Assembly: GCA_963849105.1 (NCBI GenBank)
Contig: CAWKGD010000001.1
Location: 122,719-186,718, forward strand
DNA: 64,000 bases
Direction of reading: 5' to 3'
Origin: an uncultured Acidimicrobiaceae bacterium
GTDB taxonomy: Bacteria > Actinomycetota > Acidimicrobiia > Acidimicrobiales > Bog-793
Below, one piece after another: positions 29,843 to 39,908 of the stretch (position 1 is its first letter; every line of letters starts with the position of its first letter). The position numbers and the translations under genes are program-made. Under the pieces are notes generated by a model. It was given only the letters and a program-made list of their open reading frames with translations. It ran no database searches and was not told where the DNA came from.

Positions 29843-32800
29843 ATGCGGGCTGTGCGTAAGACTCTGATTCGAACAACACTGCGACGCCCGTCCGTCCGTG
29901 CGCTTCTGATGGCCGCTCTCGTCGCCGCCACGATCGGGATCGTTGCGGCCACTCCTGCCGGCGCAGATCCCCAGGTCCCGACAACGACGACGGTGACGCC
30001 ATCGCCAGGTCCGTACACCTATGGCGGGTCGGTCACCTTCACGGCCACCGTTGCAGGAGAGGACTCGACGATCCCACCCGACGGCAGCGTGACGTTTTCT
30101 GGAGACGGCGCGGCGTGCGGGTCCGTAGCGATCGATGGTTCAGGCCAGGCCCAGTGCATTGTTCCCAGCACCGCGGTCGGCTCCGAGACGGTCGACGCGG
30201 CGTACGGCGGCGACACGGGCTACGCGCCGTCGCCGGAGGGCTCAGCGATGATCACCATCGGCCAGGTCCCGACAACGACGACGGTGACGCCATCGCCAGG
30301 CCCGTACACCTATGGCGGGTCGGTCACCTTCACGGCCACCGTTGCAGGAGATGACTCGACGATCCCACCCGAAGGCAGCGTGACGTTTTCTGGAGACGGC
30401 GCGGCGTGCGGGTCCGTAGCGATCGATGGTTCAGGCCAGGCCCAGTGCATTGTTCCCAGCACCGCGGTCGGCTCCGAGACGGTCGACGCGGCGTACGGCG
30501 GCGACACGGGCTACGCGCCGTCGCCGGAGGGCTCAGCGATGATCACCATCGGCCAGGTCCCGACAACGACGACGGTGACGCCATCGCCAGGCCCGTACAC
30601 CTATGGCGGGTCGGTCACCTTCACGGCCACCGTCAAGGGGACTGACGGCAGCACCCCGCCCGACGGCAGCGTGACGTTTTCTGGAGACGGCGCGGCGTGC
30701 GGGTCCGTAGCGATCGATGGTTCAGGCCAGGCCCACTGCATTGTTCCCAGCACCGCGGTCGGCTCCGAGACGGTCGACGCGGCGTACGGCGGCGACACGG
30801 GCTACGCGCCGTCGCCGGAGGGCTCAGCGATGATCACCATCGGCCAGGTCCCGACAACGACGACGGTGACGCCATCGCCAGGCCCGTACACCTATGGCGG
30901 GTCGGTCACCTTCACGGCCACCGTCAAGGGGACTGACGGCAGCACCCCGCCCGACGGCACGGTGGCCTTTTCTGTCGGCGGTAGCTCGTGCGGCGCTGTC
31001 GCGCTCGTCTCTGGAGCGGCGAGCTGCACGACGAGCGAACTCCCCGTCGGGAACGAAACGGTCACCGCGGCGTACAACGGCGACACGAACTACTCGTCCT
31101 CGTCGCCGGGCTCGGCGATGATCACCGTCGGCAGGGAGCCGACGACGACGACGGTGTCGGTGACAGGGTCCCGCACCTACGGCGCGTCGCTCACTTACCA
31201 AGTGACGGTCGCTCCCGTTTCAGCAGGGAACTACGCGGCCTCTCCGAGTGGCGGCTCCATCAATGTCGACGTCAACGGCACCTTGGTCTGCACGGTGCCG
31301 TCGTTGGCACCCATTGGGACCTCGGACACCTCGTCAGGGAGCTGTTCGTCGACCGGCGCGCCGGCCGGGAACGACACGGTCACCGCCAGCTACTCGGGGG
31401 ACTCGAACTACGCGTCCTCGCCGCAGGGCTCGTCGACGATCACCGTCGGCAAGGAGCCGACGACGACGACGGTGTCGGTGACGACTTCCGGCTCGTACAC
31501 CTACGGCGAGACGCTCACCTACCAAGTAACGGTCGCCCCCGGTTCTGCAGGGAACTACGTGGCGCCTCCGACGGGCGGCTCCATCAATGTCGATGTCAAC
31601 GGAACAACATTGGTCTGCACCGTGCCGTCGTTGACACCCGTCGGGACCTCGGACACCTCGACGGGAAGCTGTTCGTCGAGCGACCTCCCCTCCGGATCCG
31701 ACACGTTGAGCGCCTCCTATCCGGGTGATTCGAACTACGCGTCCTCGATGGGCACGTCGCCGGTCACTACCGGTCTTGCGGCGACGACGGTGACGGTGTC
31801 GCCGTCGTCCGGCTCCTCCACCTACGGCCAGTCCGTCAGCTATCAGGTGAGCGTCACCGCCTCTGCAACGGGCACCGCCGCTGCGTCGCCGGGCGGGACC
31901 GTCTCGGTGGTCGTCAGCGGGGCCACGGTTTGCACCGCGACGTTGACCTCGGCCCCGAACACGAACACGACGACAGGGAGTTGCACATCTCCCAACGCTG
32001 CTGTCGGTGCCGACTCGGTCACCGCGAGCTATTCGGGCGACACGAACTTCTCGTCCTCGGGATCGTCTATCTCTTCGACCTTGACCGTCGCGGAGGCCCC
32101 GACGACGACTTCGGTGACGGTTAGCCCGTCGGGCTCGTACACCTACGGTGAGTCGCTCACCTACACCGTGACGGTCACCGCGCCCTCGGACGGCACATAC
32201 CAGTCCTTGCCGAGCGGGGACGCCACGCTCACTATCAACGGAGTCGGGTTCTGCACCTCGTCGTTGACACCGGCGACGAGTAACCCATACACATGGACGA
32301 CAAGCTGCGAAGCCACCACGGATACGCCCGCCGGAACGGACACGCTCAGCGTGTCCTATCCGGGTGATTCGAACTTCCAGCCGTCTTCACACTCGGAAAC
32401 CGCCACGGTCGCTAAGGCATCGACGTCGATGTCGGTGACGTTTGGGCCGTCGACCATCGGCTACGGCACTGGCGTGACGTACAGCGTCACCGTGCAGCCG
32501 GGGTCCTCGGTCAACCTCGCCAACTCGGAGAATTATCCGACGGGCGACGTCGACATTTTCGTGGGTCCAGCGAATGGGGTTGGCGACGTCGAGGTCTGTC
32601 AGGCGCCTCTCGACCCGGGACTCTTCCAAGGCACGTGCGTCGGAACAACGGCGCCCGTCGGATCCGACACGGTGACCGCAACCTACGACGGCGATCCGAA
32701 CTTCGATGGCTCGGCGCCCTTCACCGCTGCAACGAAGCTGACGGTTAACAAGGGCTCCCAGACGATCAGCTTCTCTCCACCTTCGTCGGGCACCGTCGGC

Positions 32801-33853
32801 GACACGGTCGCCTTGTCGGCGACCGCGACATCAGGGGATCCGGTCGCCTTCTCCGTCGACCCCTCGAGCGGAGCAGAGGTTTGCAGCGTCTTCGGCAGTG
32901 ACGGTTCGATGGTGCACTTCTCTTCCGAGGGCACGTGTGTCATCGATGCCAATCAACCCGGGGATGCGAATTATTTCGCTGCTCCGCAGGTTTCCCAATA
33001 CATCTCCGTATCGCTGTCGAGCGGCGACGGTGGCCCAGGCGGCGGCTCGCTTCCCGAAAATCCGGTGCTTCCGAACGCAGCTCCGCCCGCGGGGTTACCA
33101 GCTGGCGATTTCGTCACCCCGATCTCTTGGACGATCGAAAGTGGCGTGGCTCCGACCGTCGTCCATTCAATTGACGGAGCAAAGATCTCGGTGACGATAC
33201 CGACCGGGGCGCTACCCGACGGGACGACGGTAAGCCTCTACCCCGTCGCGGACACCAGCCCGATCGCAAAGTCATTGCCCGCCGGAAAGGCCTATCTCCT
33301 GTCCTTCGCGCTTTCCTGGGAGGAAGGGGACGGGTCGGTGCCGGTCGCGTCCCAGCCGGTGTCAGTCACGATCGTCGATCCGGGCATCGCCGTCGGTGAC
33401 GTCATCTACGAGGTGACCTCGACCGGAATCAAGCCGGTCGTCAAGGCGAATGAAAATGGCCAATTGACCGTGGAGTTCGAGGACGACCCCGCGTTGCTCA
33501 TCTCTTCGAACCCGAAGATCAGAGTTGCGAACTCACAGTTCGTCCTGAACAAGGGGACTCTGCCGCTCACTCTCGACTGCTCGGCCGTGGGATGCAGAGG
33601 AACGGCGACCGTCGAGGAGCAGGTCGTCGTCCCCGCCAAGAGTGGATCGCGAACGAAGACGACCAAAGAAGAAGTCCAGCTCACCCACGCGTCGTTCAAG
33701 TTTGGCAAATCGAAGAAGCTGACACTTCGTCTCTCGCTCGCCGCACTTGACAGGAGTCTTGTTGCGCAAGCGGCGATCCATCCCATCCCGGCAATATTGA
33801 AGGTCACCGTGAACGGCGGCCTCAGCATCACGAAGACCGTCTCGATCAGTTGA
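29843..33853 (+). CDS. Large secreted Ser/Thr-rich protein with about 10 bacterial Ig-like (group 3-like) domains
   Basis: Signal peptide ending AATPAGA; repeats of TTTTV..TYG..VTFTATV..A-x-Y-x-GD-x-NY. Confidence 0.88.
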   Translation: MRAVRKTLIRTTLRRPSVRALLMAALVAATIGIVAATPAGADPQVPTTTTVTPSPGPYTYGGSVTFTATVAGEDSTIPPDGSVTFSGDGAACGSVAIDGSGQAQCIVPSTAVGSETVDAAYGGDTGYAPSPEGSAMITIGQVPTTTTVTPSPGPYTYGGSVTFTATVAGDDSTIPPEGSVTFSGDGAACGSVAIDGSGQAQCIVPSTAVGSETVDAAYGGDTGYAPSPEGSAMITIGQVPTTTTVTPSPGPYTYGGSVTFTATVKGTDGSTPPDGSVTFSGDGAACGSVAIDGSGQAHCIVPSTAVGSETVDAAYGGDTGYAPSPEGSAMITIGQVPTTTTVTPSPGPYTYGGSVTFTATVKGTDGSTPPDGTVAFSVGGSSCGAVALVSGAASCTTSELPVGNETVTAAYNGDTNYSSSSPGSAMITVGREPTTTTVSVTGSRTYGASLTYQVTVAPVSAGNYAASPSGGSINVDVNGTLVCTVPSLAPIGTSDTSSGSCSSTGAPAGNDTVTASYSGDSNYASSPQGSSTITVGKEPTTTTVSVTTSGSYTYGETLTYQVTVAPGSAGNYVAPPTGGSINVDVNGTTLVCTVPSLTPVGTSDTSTGSCSSSDLPSGSDTLSASYPGDSNYASSMGTSPVTTGLAATTVTVSPSSGSSTYGQSVSYQVSVTASATGTAAASPGGTVSVVVSGATVCTATLTSAPNTNTTTGSCTSPNAAVGADSVTASYSGDTNFSSSGSSISSTLTVAEAPTTTSVTVSPSGSYTYGESLTYTVTVTAPSDGTYQSLPSGDATLTINGVGFCTSSLTPATSNPYTWTTSCEATTDTPAGTDTLSVSYPGDSNFQPSSHSETATVAKASTSMSVTFGPSTIGYGTGVTYSVTVQPGSSVNLANSENYPTGDVDIFVGPANGVGDVEVCQAPLDPGLFQGTCVGTTAPVGSDTVTATYDGDPNFDGSAPFTAATKLTVNKGSQTISFSPPSSGTVGDTVALSATATSGDPVAFSVDPSSGAEVCSVFGSDGSMVHFSSEGTCVIDANQPGDANYFAAPQVSQYISVSLSSGDGGPGGGSLPENPVLPNAAPPAGLPAGDFVTPISWTIESGVAPTVVHSIDGAKISVTIPTGALPDGTTVSLYPVADTSPIAKSLPAGKAYLLSFALSWEEGDGSVPVASQPVSVTIVDPGIAVGDVIYEVTSTGIKPVVKANENGQLTVEFEDDPALLISSNPKIRVANSQFVLNKGTLPLTLDCSAVGCRGTATVEEQVVVPAKSGSRTKTTKEEVQLTHASFKFGKSKKLTLRLSLAALDRSLVAQAAIHPIPAILKVTVNGGLSITKTVSIS
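29972..30959 (+). repeat. Near-identical 291-bp (97-aa) tandem repeat, about 3.4 copies
   Basis: CAGGTCCCGACAACGACG recurs at 29972, 30263, 30554 and 30845. Confidence 0.95.
31136..31747 (+). repeat. More diverged tandem pair with a 318-bp period
   Basis: GAGCCGACGACGACGACGGTGTCGGTGAC at 31136 and 31454; shared GGSINVDVNGT and GTSDTS. Confidence 0.85.
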
Positions 33854-35010
33854 TCCGACGCCGAGACGCCCGGGCCTCGGTGCTGACCGTGCCTGTGGTG
33901 ATCGTTCTGAGCCTCTCGCTGCTCGTCAGCGCGACGTCCGCTTCAGCTGTCGGCGGCCCTGCAGGGCATGTCACCGTTCGCCAATTGGCGGCTGGCGGTG
34001 GGATAGAGAAGTTTTCGGCCGCGGTGACGAGCCCGGGAAGGTGCTCTTGGGATTCGGCACCCGCGATCAGTGGCTTCGCGAGGGCGGGGCGATGCGAGCC
34101 AGGGGTCGTCTCGCAATCGGTCAGCTTTCCGATGAACGATTCTCCGGCGAAGGCGTCATGGCTCGTCACGCTGACGGTCGTCGGTGCGAGAAAGCGCGTG
34201 ATCCGCTGGAGGGTCGACGAGGCGGCTCCGGACATCGCCTACTCGGCGAGCGTCGGCCCCCAGGTCACCCAGAGCCCGGCGGACCCGTTCGAGGCGACCT
34301 TCACCTATTCCGCCGGCGCGACAGCGACTGCCGGACAGAAGTCCGTCGACCTCGGCGCGCTCGGCAAGCTCCCAGACGGTGTGCTGCAACTCCTCAGCGG
34401 CGGGTCGCCGGCGTGTTCGACAAAAGTCGGCGGAGTCGCCACCGATGGCACCTGCACGATCAACTACATGACCCTCGGCAAACATTCGGTGACCGCCCGA
34501 TACGAGCCGGACGACTCGGACATCAAGGCTCCCTTCGAGACATCGGCGGCGACGATCTCTCCGTATTCAACGTCGACCTCGGAGAGCATCGAGAAGGTGG
34601 GTTCGATCTACCAGTTGTACGAGAACCCCTACTACCTCTACTCCGCCACGTACACCGTGACGGCGGACACGGTCGATCAGTACGGCTACGGGGTGGCGGC
34701 GTCTGATGGTTCCTGGGAATTCCAACTTTCGGGCCCCGCCGACGACGGCAACACGTTCGAGACGACGATTACCGCTCCGCCGGGCCAGACCAGCTGCGAG
34801 ATCACCATCCAAGCAATGCTGGACTACACCTCACAGTCATCAAGCGTGTCTTCATCGGACTGTTCAGGTGGTCTCAACACCGGCGATGCCGGCGTCGCGC
34901 CCGGAAACAACGTGCCTGGGTGGTTCGTCACGACGGTCTTCACGTCGACCTCGGCGGGCTTCTCGGGGTCCACGAGCGGCGCTCAGGACATCGTCTGCGA
35001 AGAGCCGTGA
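33850..35010 (+). CDS. Secreted hypothetical protein with an Ig-like domain
   Basis: Signal peptide (SATSASA); PACSTKV..GTCTINY..GKHSVTARY resembles the upstream Ig repeats; start overlaps the upstream stop. Confidence 0.75.
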   Translation: MIRRRDARASVLTVPVVIVLSLSLLVSATSASAVGGPAGHVTVRQLAAGGGIEKFSAAVTSPGRCSWDSAPAISGFARAGRCEPGVVSQSVSFPMNDSPAKASWLVTLTVVGARKRVIRWRVDEAAPDIAYSASVGPQVTQSPADPFEATFTYSAGATATAGQKSVDLGALGKLPDGVLQLLSGGSPACSTKVGGVATDGTCTINYMTLGKHSVTARYEPDDSDIKAPFETSAATISPYSTSTSESIEKVGSIYQLYENPYYLYSATYTVTADTVDQYGYGVAASDGSWEFQLSGPADDGNTFETTITAPPGQTSCEITIQAMLDYTSQSSSVSSSDCSGGLNTGDAGVAPGNNVPGWFVTTVFTSTSAGFSGSTSGAQDIVCEEP

Positions 35011-35074
35011 GCGTGAACGGTCGGGCGGATTGCCTCGCGGTGCGCGTCGACCGAGCCACCTAGCGATCGAGTAA

Positions 35075-36295
35075 TTAGGAAGGCACCCGGAACAGGGTCG
35101 CGTCGACGGCGCTTCCTCCGATGAGGAGGTACAGCGAGCCCTGGTAGAAGACGAAGGCTTGCAGCCGTCCCTTCGGCGTCCGCACGGACGCGATCTTCGA
35201 CTCTTGTCCGTTCGTCGGATCGAATCTGGATATCCGCTGGTAGGCGACGCTCGAGTTCCCCGACCCCGTGTAGCTCGTCGTCGCGAAGAAGAGAGCGACG
35301 TTCGCATCCGCGATGACGGGATTCGCATCGAACAGCTGCTGTCCGGACTCGACCGGCTCGACCGTCTTCGAAGAGAGGACGACGACGTGCGGCTTCGACG
35401 ATGGCGTCTTGAAGGTCTCGGCGACCGGGGTGCCAAGAGTGCCTGCACCGACGGGAGCCGCCCAGGCGGTGTGCCCTGTGGCCACCAGCCAGGTCACGAA
35501 GTCGCCGCTTCGGATCACAACTTTCGGGGCCGTCGACCGGGCTCCAACAAAAGAGAGGAGCGGCGGGGGCTTCGTTCCCGACCATGTTGTGTCTTGACTG
35601 CGTGCGATCCAGAGCCCGTCCTCGTCGGCGGCGAGTTCGACACGGGGAAGTGACGGAACAGCGACCGTTGCCAACACCCGGCCGGTCGCGGGGGAGATCC
35701 GCAGCACCTCGGCGGTTCGCCGGGTCGAGAGCGGTCCGTTCGAAAGAGCCGTGTCGTACAGCCAGAGGTACCCGCCTCCGTAGGTCCATTCGGGCGGCGA
35801 AACGGTGTCATAGCGCATCACGACCGGACCGACGTGGATTGGCGCCGAAAAGCCGCTCGTCGTCGCGATCCGTACGAACCCGAACGGCGATCGCGGCGCG
35901 ACTGGCGATTCGGCGGGGGCGGCGCTTGCTCCGTACACCAGCGGATTCGTGCAGGGAGTGTTTCGATTCGAGATGACTCGGAGAGAAGCCGGATCGACGA
36001 TGGCGAGTCGGCACACAGTGCTCGACGTCTCGTCCCCGGCGACGATGTGGCCGCCAGAAACGCCGAGGCTCCCTGTATAGAGGACCGACCGAAGCAGAGG
36101 AATCTGTATCTGCGCGACTCGCGCGGTGGGCCGGGACGAACGGATGCCACCCGATTCAGGGGATCGCGATATCGGCGCGATCAATCCGACCGCGGCGAGC
36201 GTCGTAGCCACGAGGGCCAAGTGTCCGATTCGAAGCGTCACTTCGAGATGATCGCGCGATTCGAGGCAGTGATTCGGCGTCGATGCCGAAATCAC
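35075..36295 (-). CDS. Secreted hypothetical protein, possibly a beta-propeller (start may be near 36241)
   Basis: Hydrophobic N-terminus; blade-like motifs GGGYLWLY, VLRISPATGRV, DEDGLWIA and ISRFDPTNG. Confidence 0.6.
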   Translation of the reverse strand: MISASTPNHCLESRDHLEVTLRIGHLALVATTLAAVGLIAPISRSPESGGIRSSRPTARVAQIQIPLLRSVLYTGSLGVSGGHIVAGDETSSTVCRLAIVDPASLRVISNRNTPCTNPLVYGASAAPAESPVAPRSPFGFVRIATTSGFSAPIHVGPVVMRYDTVSPPEWTYGGGYLWLYDTALSNGPLSTRRTAEVLRISPATGRVLATVAVPSLPRVELAADEDGLWIARSQDTTWSGTKPPPLLSFVGARSTAPKVVIRSGDFVTWLVATGHTAWAAPVGAGTLGTPVAETFKTPSSKPHVVVLSSKTVEPVESGQQLFDANPVIADANVALFFATTSYTGSGNSSVAYQRISRFDPTNGQESKIASVRTPKGRLQAFVFYQGSLYLLIGGSAVDATLFRVPS

Positions 36296-36495
36296 CAGCG
36301 TGAGGCGCTGAATTTACAGGGGCAAAACGCCGTAATTACAGGCAGGAAGACAACCACGAGCCGGTAACGCACACGGACGTTGAATTGGATCTGAGATCGC
36401 TCGGAGTGAAGCCGCCACTGAGCCGGCGACACAGCAGGCGACTTCTCGGTTCCGTCGTGATCGAGTCCCCGGCTCCGAGTGAACAGCGGATACCG

Positions 36496-37560
36496 ATGAA
36501 CACGAAACCCAGGCGAGTGCGGAGAGCTCCGCCTTCGGAGCGCGCCAGGGGCGAGCTGGTTCAACTGCTGTGGGCTGGTGCCGGAAGAAACGAGAATCTC
36601 GTCTCGCAGTTCGTCAGGGTCGCGATCCGCGCCGTCGTTCAACAGCTCTTGGAAGCTGAGCAAGCTGAATTCCTGGGCGATCGCGGCCGATATGCGCGGC
36701 GCGCCGACACGCGAGGATCGCGAAACGGCTACGAGCCATTCCGTCTTCGCACCGAAGAGGGCGAGATAGAGATCTCGGTGCCCCAGGTACGCAACCTTGC
36801 CAAGCCTTATCGCTCCCGATTTGTGCGACACGTCGCTGATGACTCTGACGCGCTCGAACAAACCGTCTTGGATGCGTATGGGTGGTCGCTGTCGTCGGAA
36901 CGTGGAGGGCGCGCCTTCAAGGACGCGAAGGGCGTCGCCCTCATCTCAGCTTCTGCTGCTTCCGAAGTCCTGGGGCAAATTTCCTCTGACCTGCGATCCT
37001 TCTTCGATCGCGATCTCTCAGAGCTAGCGATCGAGTACGTCTTCTGCGACGTCGTGCTCGAGTCCTCAAAACGACAACGGGACAATCGCGCTCTACTCGT
37101 CGTGTGGGCGATCGACGGTATCGGGAAGAAGCACCTGTTGCACCTGACCGTTGGCGACAAGACGTCCGAGGTCGCGTGGAAGGCGCTGCTCCTCGACGTG
37201 ATCGACCGAAACTCTCGAATGCCGAAAACCGTGACGACGAACGGGGCCGTCGGAACGATTGACGCCGTCGCGGCGGTCTTCCCGAAGACCGTCCGCCTCC
37301 GCCATTGGTTCGATCGGCCGACCGAACGCACCAAGGGAATCGAGTAGTCGTTCCAGAGCCAGGCGGCGAGGGTGAGCCTCGGTCGCGTACTCCGAACAAG
37401 CGATGTACCGACGGTCCGCCCCGGCGGCGTCGGCGAAGAGCGGCGCCCGCAGCCCGATTTGGCAAGCACCGACGGGTGCTCGTGACCAGCAACACGACGG
37501 GCGTGAACGAGCGTTTTCCCGCGTGGCGCGCAGCCTTAGTCGCTGAAGCGGACGTCGTTC
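36496..37560 (+). pseudogene. Inactivated IS256-family transposase (ORF to 37347, remnant beyond)
   Basis: QQLLEAE..FLG..RY..RNGY..G-x-I-x-I-x-VP-x-x-R N-terminus; second catalytic Asp appears as Asn (TTNG); CxxH motif lost; HRRVLVTSN remnant in another frame. Confidence 0.8.
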
Positions 37561-37909
37561 GACGAGCGCGCGTGCCCACGTGGTTCGCGCGTACGCGATT
37601 TACAGATGACTCATTCGAACCGACTAACGCGTGAACGGTTAGTTACAGGACTGTTTGCACTATTGACGTGGGATTTTGCCACATTTTCTAGCCCAAATGC
37701 GGTCTGAATTGTGATACAAACACGTTAAGGACGAGTGGGTGAAAACCGGTGGCTGCCACGTCGTGGTGGGGACTTGGGCTCTGGGGATCTTGGGGGTCGG
37801 CAGTGCGCTGTTCACACGTCGTGATGATGTTTGAACCCGCGCGCCCCGATCGCTTGCAGGGATCGGCAGACGCCGCTCCGACCGGACCCGGAACGGGAAT
37901 GTGAAGGGC

Positions 37910-38140
37910 ATGACCGCGATGAGCTTGGAGACCTTTGAGAAACTGAGTCCGCGCGAGCAGCGTGTGCTGATGAAACTGATGCGCGGCACAACCGCCCGGC
38001 AGATCTGCGATGAGGACTGCGTTTCTCTTCCCACGGTGAGAAGTCAAATCCACGCGATCATTTCGAAGCTTGGAGTCAGCACGCAGCTTGCCGCTGTCGT
38101 TCTTGCCTATCAGTCGGGGTGGCCTCCCGGCGACGATTGA
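37910..38140 (+). CDS. Small stand-alone LuxR/GerE-type HTH regulator
   Basis: LSPREQRVL..VSLPTVRSQIHAIISKLGV motif. Confidence 0.85.
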   Translation: MTAMSLETFEKLSPREQRVLMKLMRGTTARQICDEDCVSLPTVRSQIHAIISKLGVSTQLAAVVLAYQSGWPPGDD

Positions 38141-38207
38141 CTGGGGCGAGGAGCACTCGGCGGCCGTCTAGCAGCCGAGCCGCGTCGCGATAACTGACTC
38201 CGACGCC

Positions 38208-39908
38208 TCAGCTGGACAGGAGTGCTTCGACTGCGATTCGCAGTGATTCGAGTTCCTCGTTGGCGCGACGATGCGGGAAATCGAGGTCGCCTGCTTCAAC
38301 CGGTGCCGACTTCACCTCGATGTAGGCCTTCAGCTTGGGCTCCGTCCCGCTCGGGCGGACTACGACACGTGCATCGTCGTCGGTGAAGAACGCGAGCACG
38401 TCCGAGGGGGGCAGGCCACGCGTGCCCGGCAGATAGTCGACGACGTCCGCGACCTTGCGGCCAGCGATCACCGTCGGAGGAGTTTTCCGTAGGTTCGCCA
38501 TCATCTCTTCGATCTCGGCAATGCCCTCGGGTCCTTCGCGCCGCAGCGCAAGCTGGACGGTCGCGTGGACACCGAAGCGTCGCTCGAGATCGTTGAGCGA
38601 GTCGAGGAGTGTGCGGCCGCGCGCCTTCTCGTGCGCCGCGAGCCCTGCTACAACAAGCGCGGCGGTGATGCCGTCCTTGTCGGCGACCGCGTCCGACACC
38701 GCGAAGCCCAGCGCCTCTTCATATCCGAACAGCAGCCGATGGCCGGGACGCCTTCGGTGCGCGCGGGCAATCCATTTGAATCCCGTCAGCGTTTCCTCGA
38801 AGGCCACGCCGGCATCTTCGGCGATGGCACTGAGCATCCGCGACGAAACAATCGTCGTCGCGACGAGCCGGTCCGAACCAGCGCTCGTCGCAATGAGGTG
38901 GCGGCCAAGGATCGAGCCGAGCTCGTTTCCCGAAAGGACGCGATAACGACCGGGTGCGTCGCGCACGGCGATCGCGAGGCGGTCCGCATCGGGGTCGTTC
39001 GCGACGACGAGGTCAACGTCATACTTGATCGCCTCCGCGAGGGCGAGGTCGAGCGCGCCGGGTTCTTCGGGGTTCGGGAACTTGACGGTCGAGAATTCAG
39101 GATCGGGCTCGATCTGCGCGGGCACCGGAATTAGCGGCGCGAAGCCCGCCCGAGCGAAGAGATCTGGGACGACCGCGCCGCCGACACCGTGCATCGGCGT
39201 GTATACACACGAGAGCCCGCGCTCTGGGGTCGGCGCGAGCAGCGCGAGCGCGAGCTTCGCGTACGCGTCGAATAGCGCGTGCTCGTCAACAGCCTCGATG
39301 CGCGCCGACGCGTCCGCCGAAAGGGGTTCGACCGGCGGCGCGCCCAGATGTGCGCTCAACTCGGCGATGCGCTCGTCATCGGGCGGGATGATCTGCGCGC
39401 CATCGGGCGCGTAGACCTTGTAGCCGTTGTCCTGCGGGGGGTTGTGGCTCGCCGTGACCATCACGCCGGCCGCCGCCCGGAGATGGCGAACCGCGAATGC
39501 GGTGATCGGCGTCGGCAAATGATGGACAAAGCGGCGCACGCGCACGCCCGCCGACGCCGCGACCTCCACGGTGTCGTTGGCGAATGACTCAGAGCCGTGC
39601 CTCGCGTCGCGGCCGACGACGATCCCGGCACGCAACGCGTCGGCCCCGCGCTCGCGGATCCATGCGGCGACGCCGGCCGTCGTCTGGCGCACGACGACGC
39701 GATTCATACGGGCCGGTCCGGCGCCGAGCGCGCCGCGTAAGCCCGCGGTACCGAATTCGAGTGGCTCGCTGAAGCGCTCCTCGATCGCCGCGAGATCTCC
39801 CGCCGCGAGGAGCCGCTCGAGTTCGACGCGGGTCCCGGGATCGGGATCCGCGTCTGCCCAGGCACGGGCGCGAGACACGAGGTCGCCGTCGGGTCGCATC
39901 GCGGTCAA
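38208..39908 (-). CDS. Phospho-sugar mutase (PmmB-like, probable phosphopentomutase)
   Basis: [25 protein letters not shown] and RPSGTEPK motifs; coupled to the PNP gene. Confidence 0.92.
   Translation of the reverse strand: MTAMRPDGDLVSRARAWADADPDPGTRVELERLLAAGDLAAIEERFSEPLEFGTAGLRGALGAGPARMNRVVVRQTTAGVAAWIRERGADALRAGIVVGRDARHGSESFANDTVEVAASAGVRVRRFVHHLPTPITAFAVRHLRAAAGVMVTASHNPPQDNGYKVYAPDGAQIIPPDDERIAELSAHLGAPPVEPLSADASARIEAVDEHALFDAYAKLALALLAPTPERGLSCVYTPMHGVGGAVVPDLFARAGFAPLIPVPAQIEPDPEFSTVKFPNPEEPGALDLALAEAIKYDVDLVVANDPDADRLAIAVRDAPGRYRVLSGNELGSILGRHLIATSAGSDRLVATTIVSSRMLSAIAEDAGVAFEETLTGFKWIARAHRRRPGHRLLFGYEEALGFAVSDAVADKDGITAALVVAGLAAHEKARGRTLLDSLNDLERRFGVHATVQLALRREGPEGIAEIEEMMANLRKTPPTVIAGRKVADVVDYLPGTRGLPPSDVLAFFTDDDARVVVRPSGTEPKLKAYIEVKSAPVEAGDLDFPHRRANEELESLRIAVEALLSS

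Noticed and set aside
29972..30959. Tandem repeats as a possible CRISPR array or DGR
   Set aside because: The unit is an in-frame 291-bp coding repeat with no spacers; no cas or reverse transcriptase gene is present
37710..37726. CRP-like site TGTGATACAAACACG
   Set aside because: The second half-site and spacing fit TGTGA-N6-TCACA poorly
23815..38207. Prophage or integrative element interpretation of the accessory block
   Set aside because: No integrase, tRNA, phage genes or flanking direct repeats were seen
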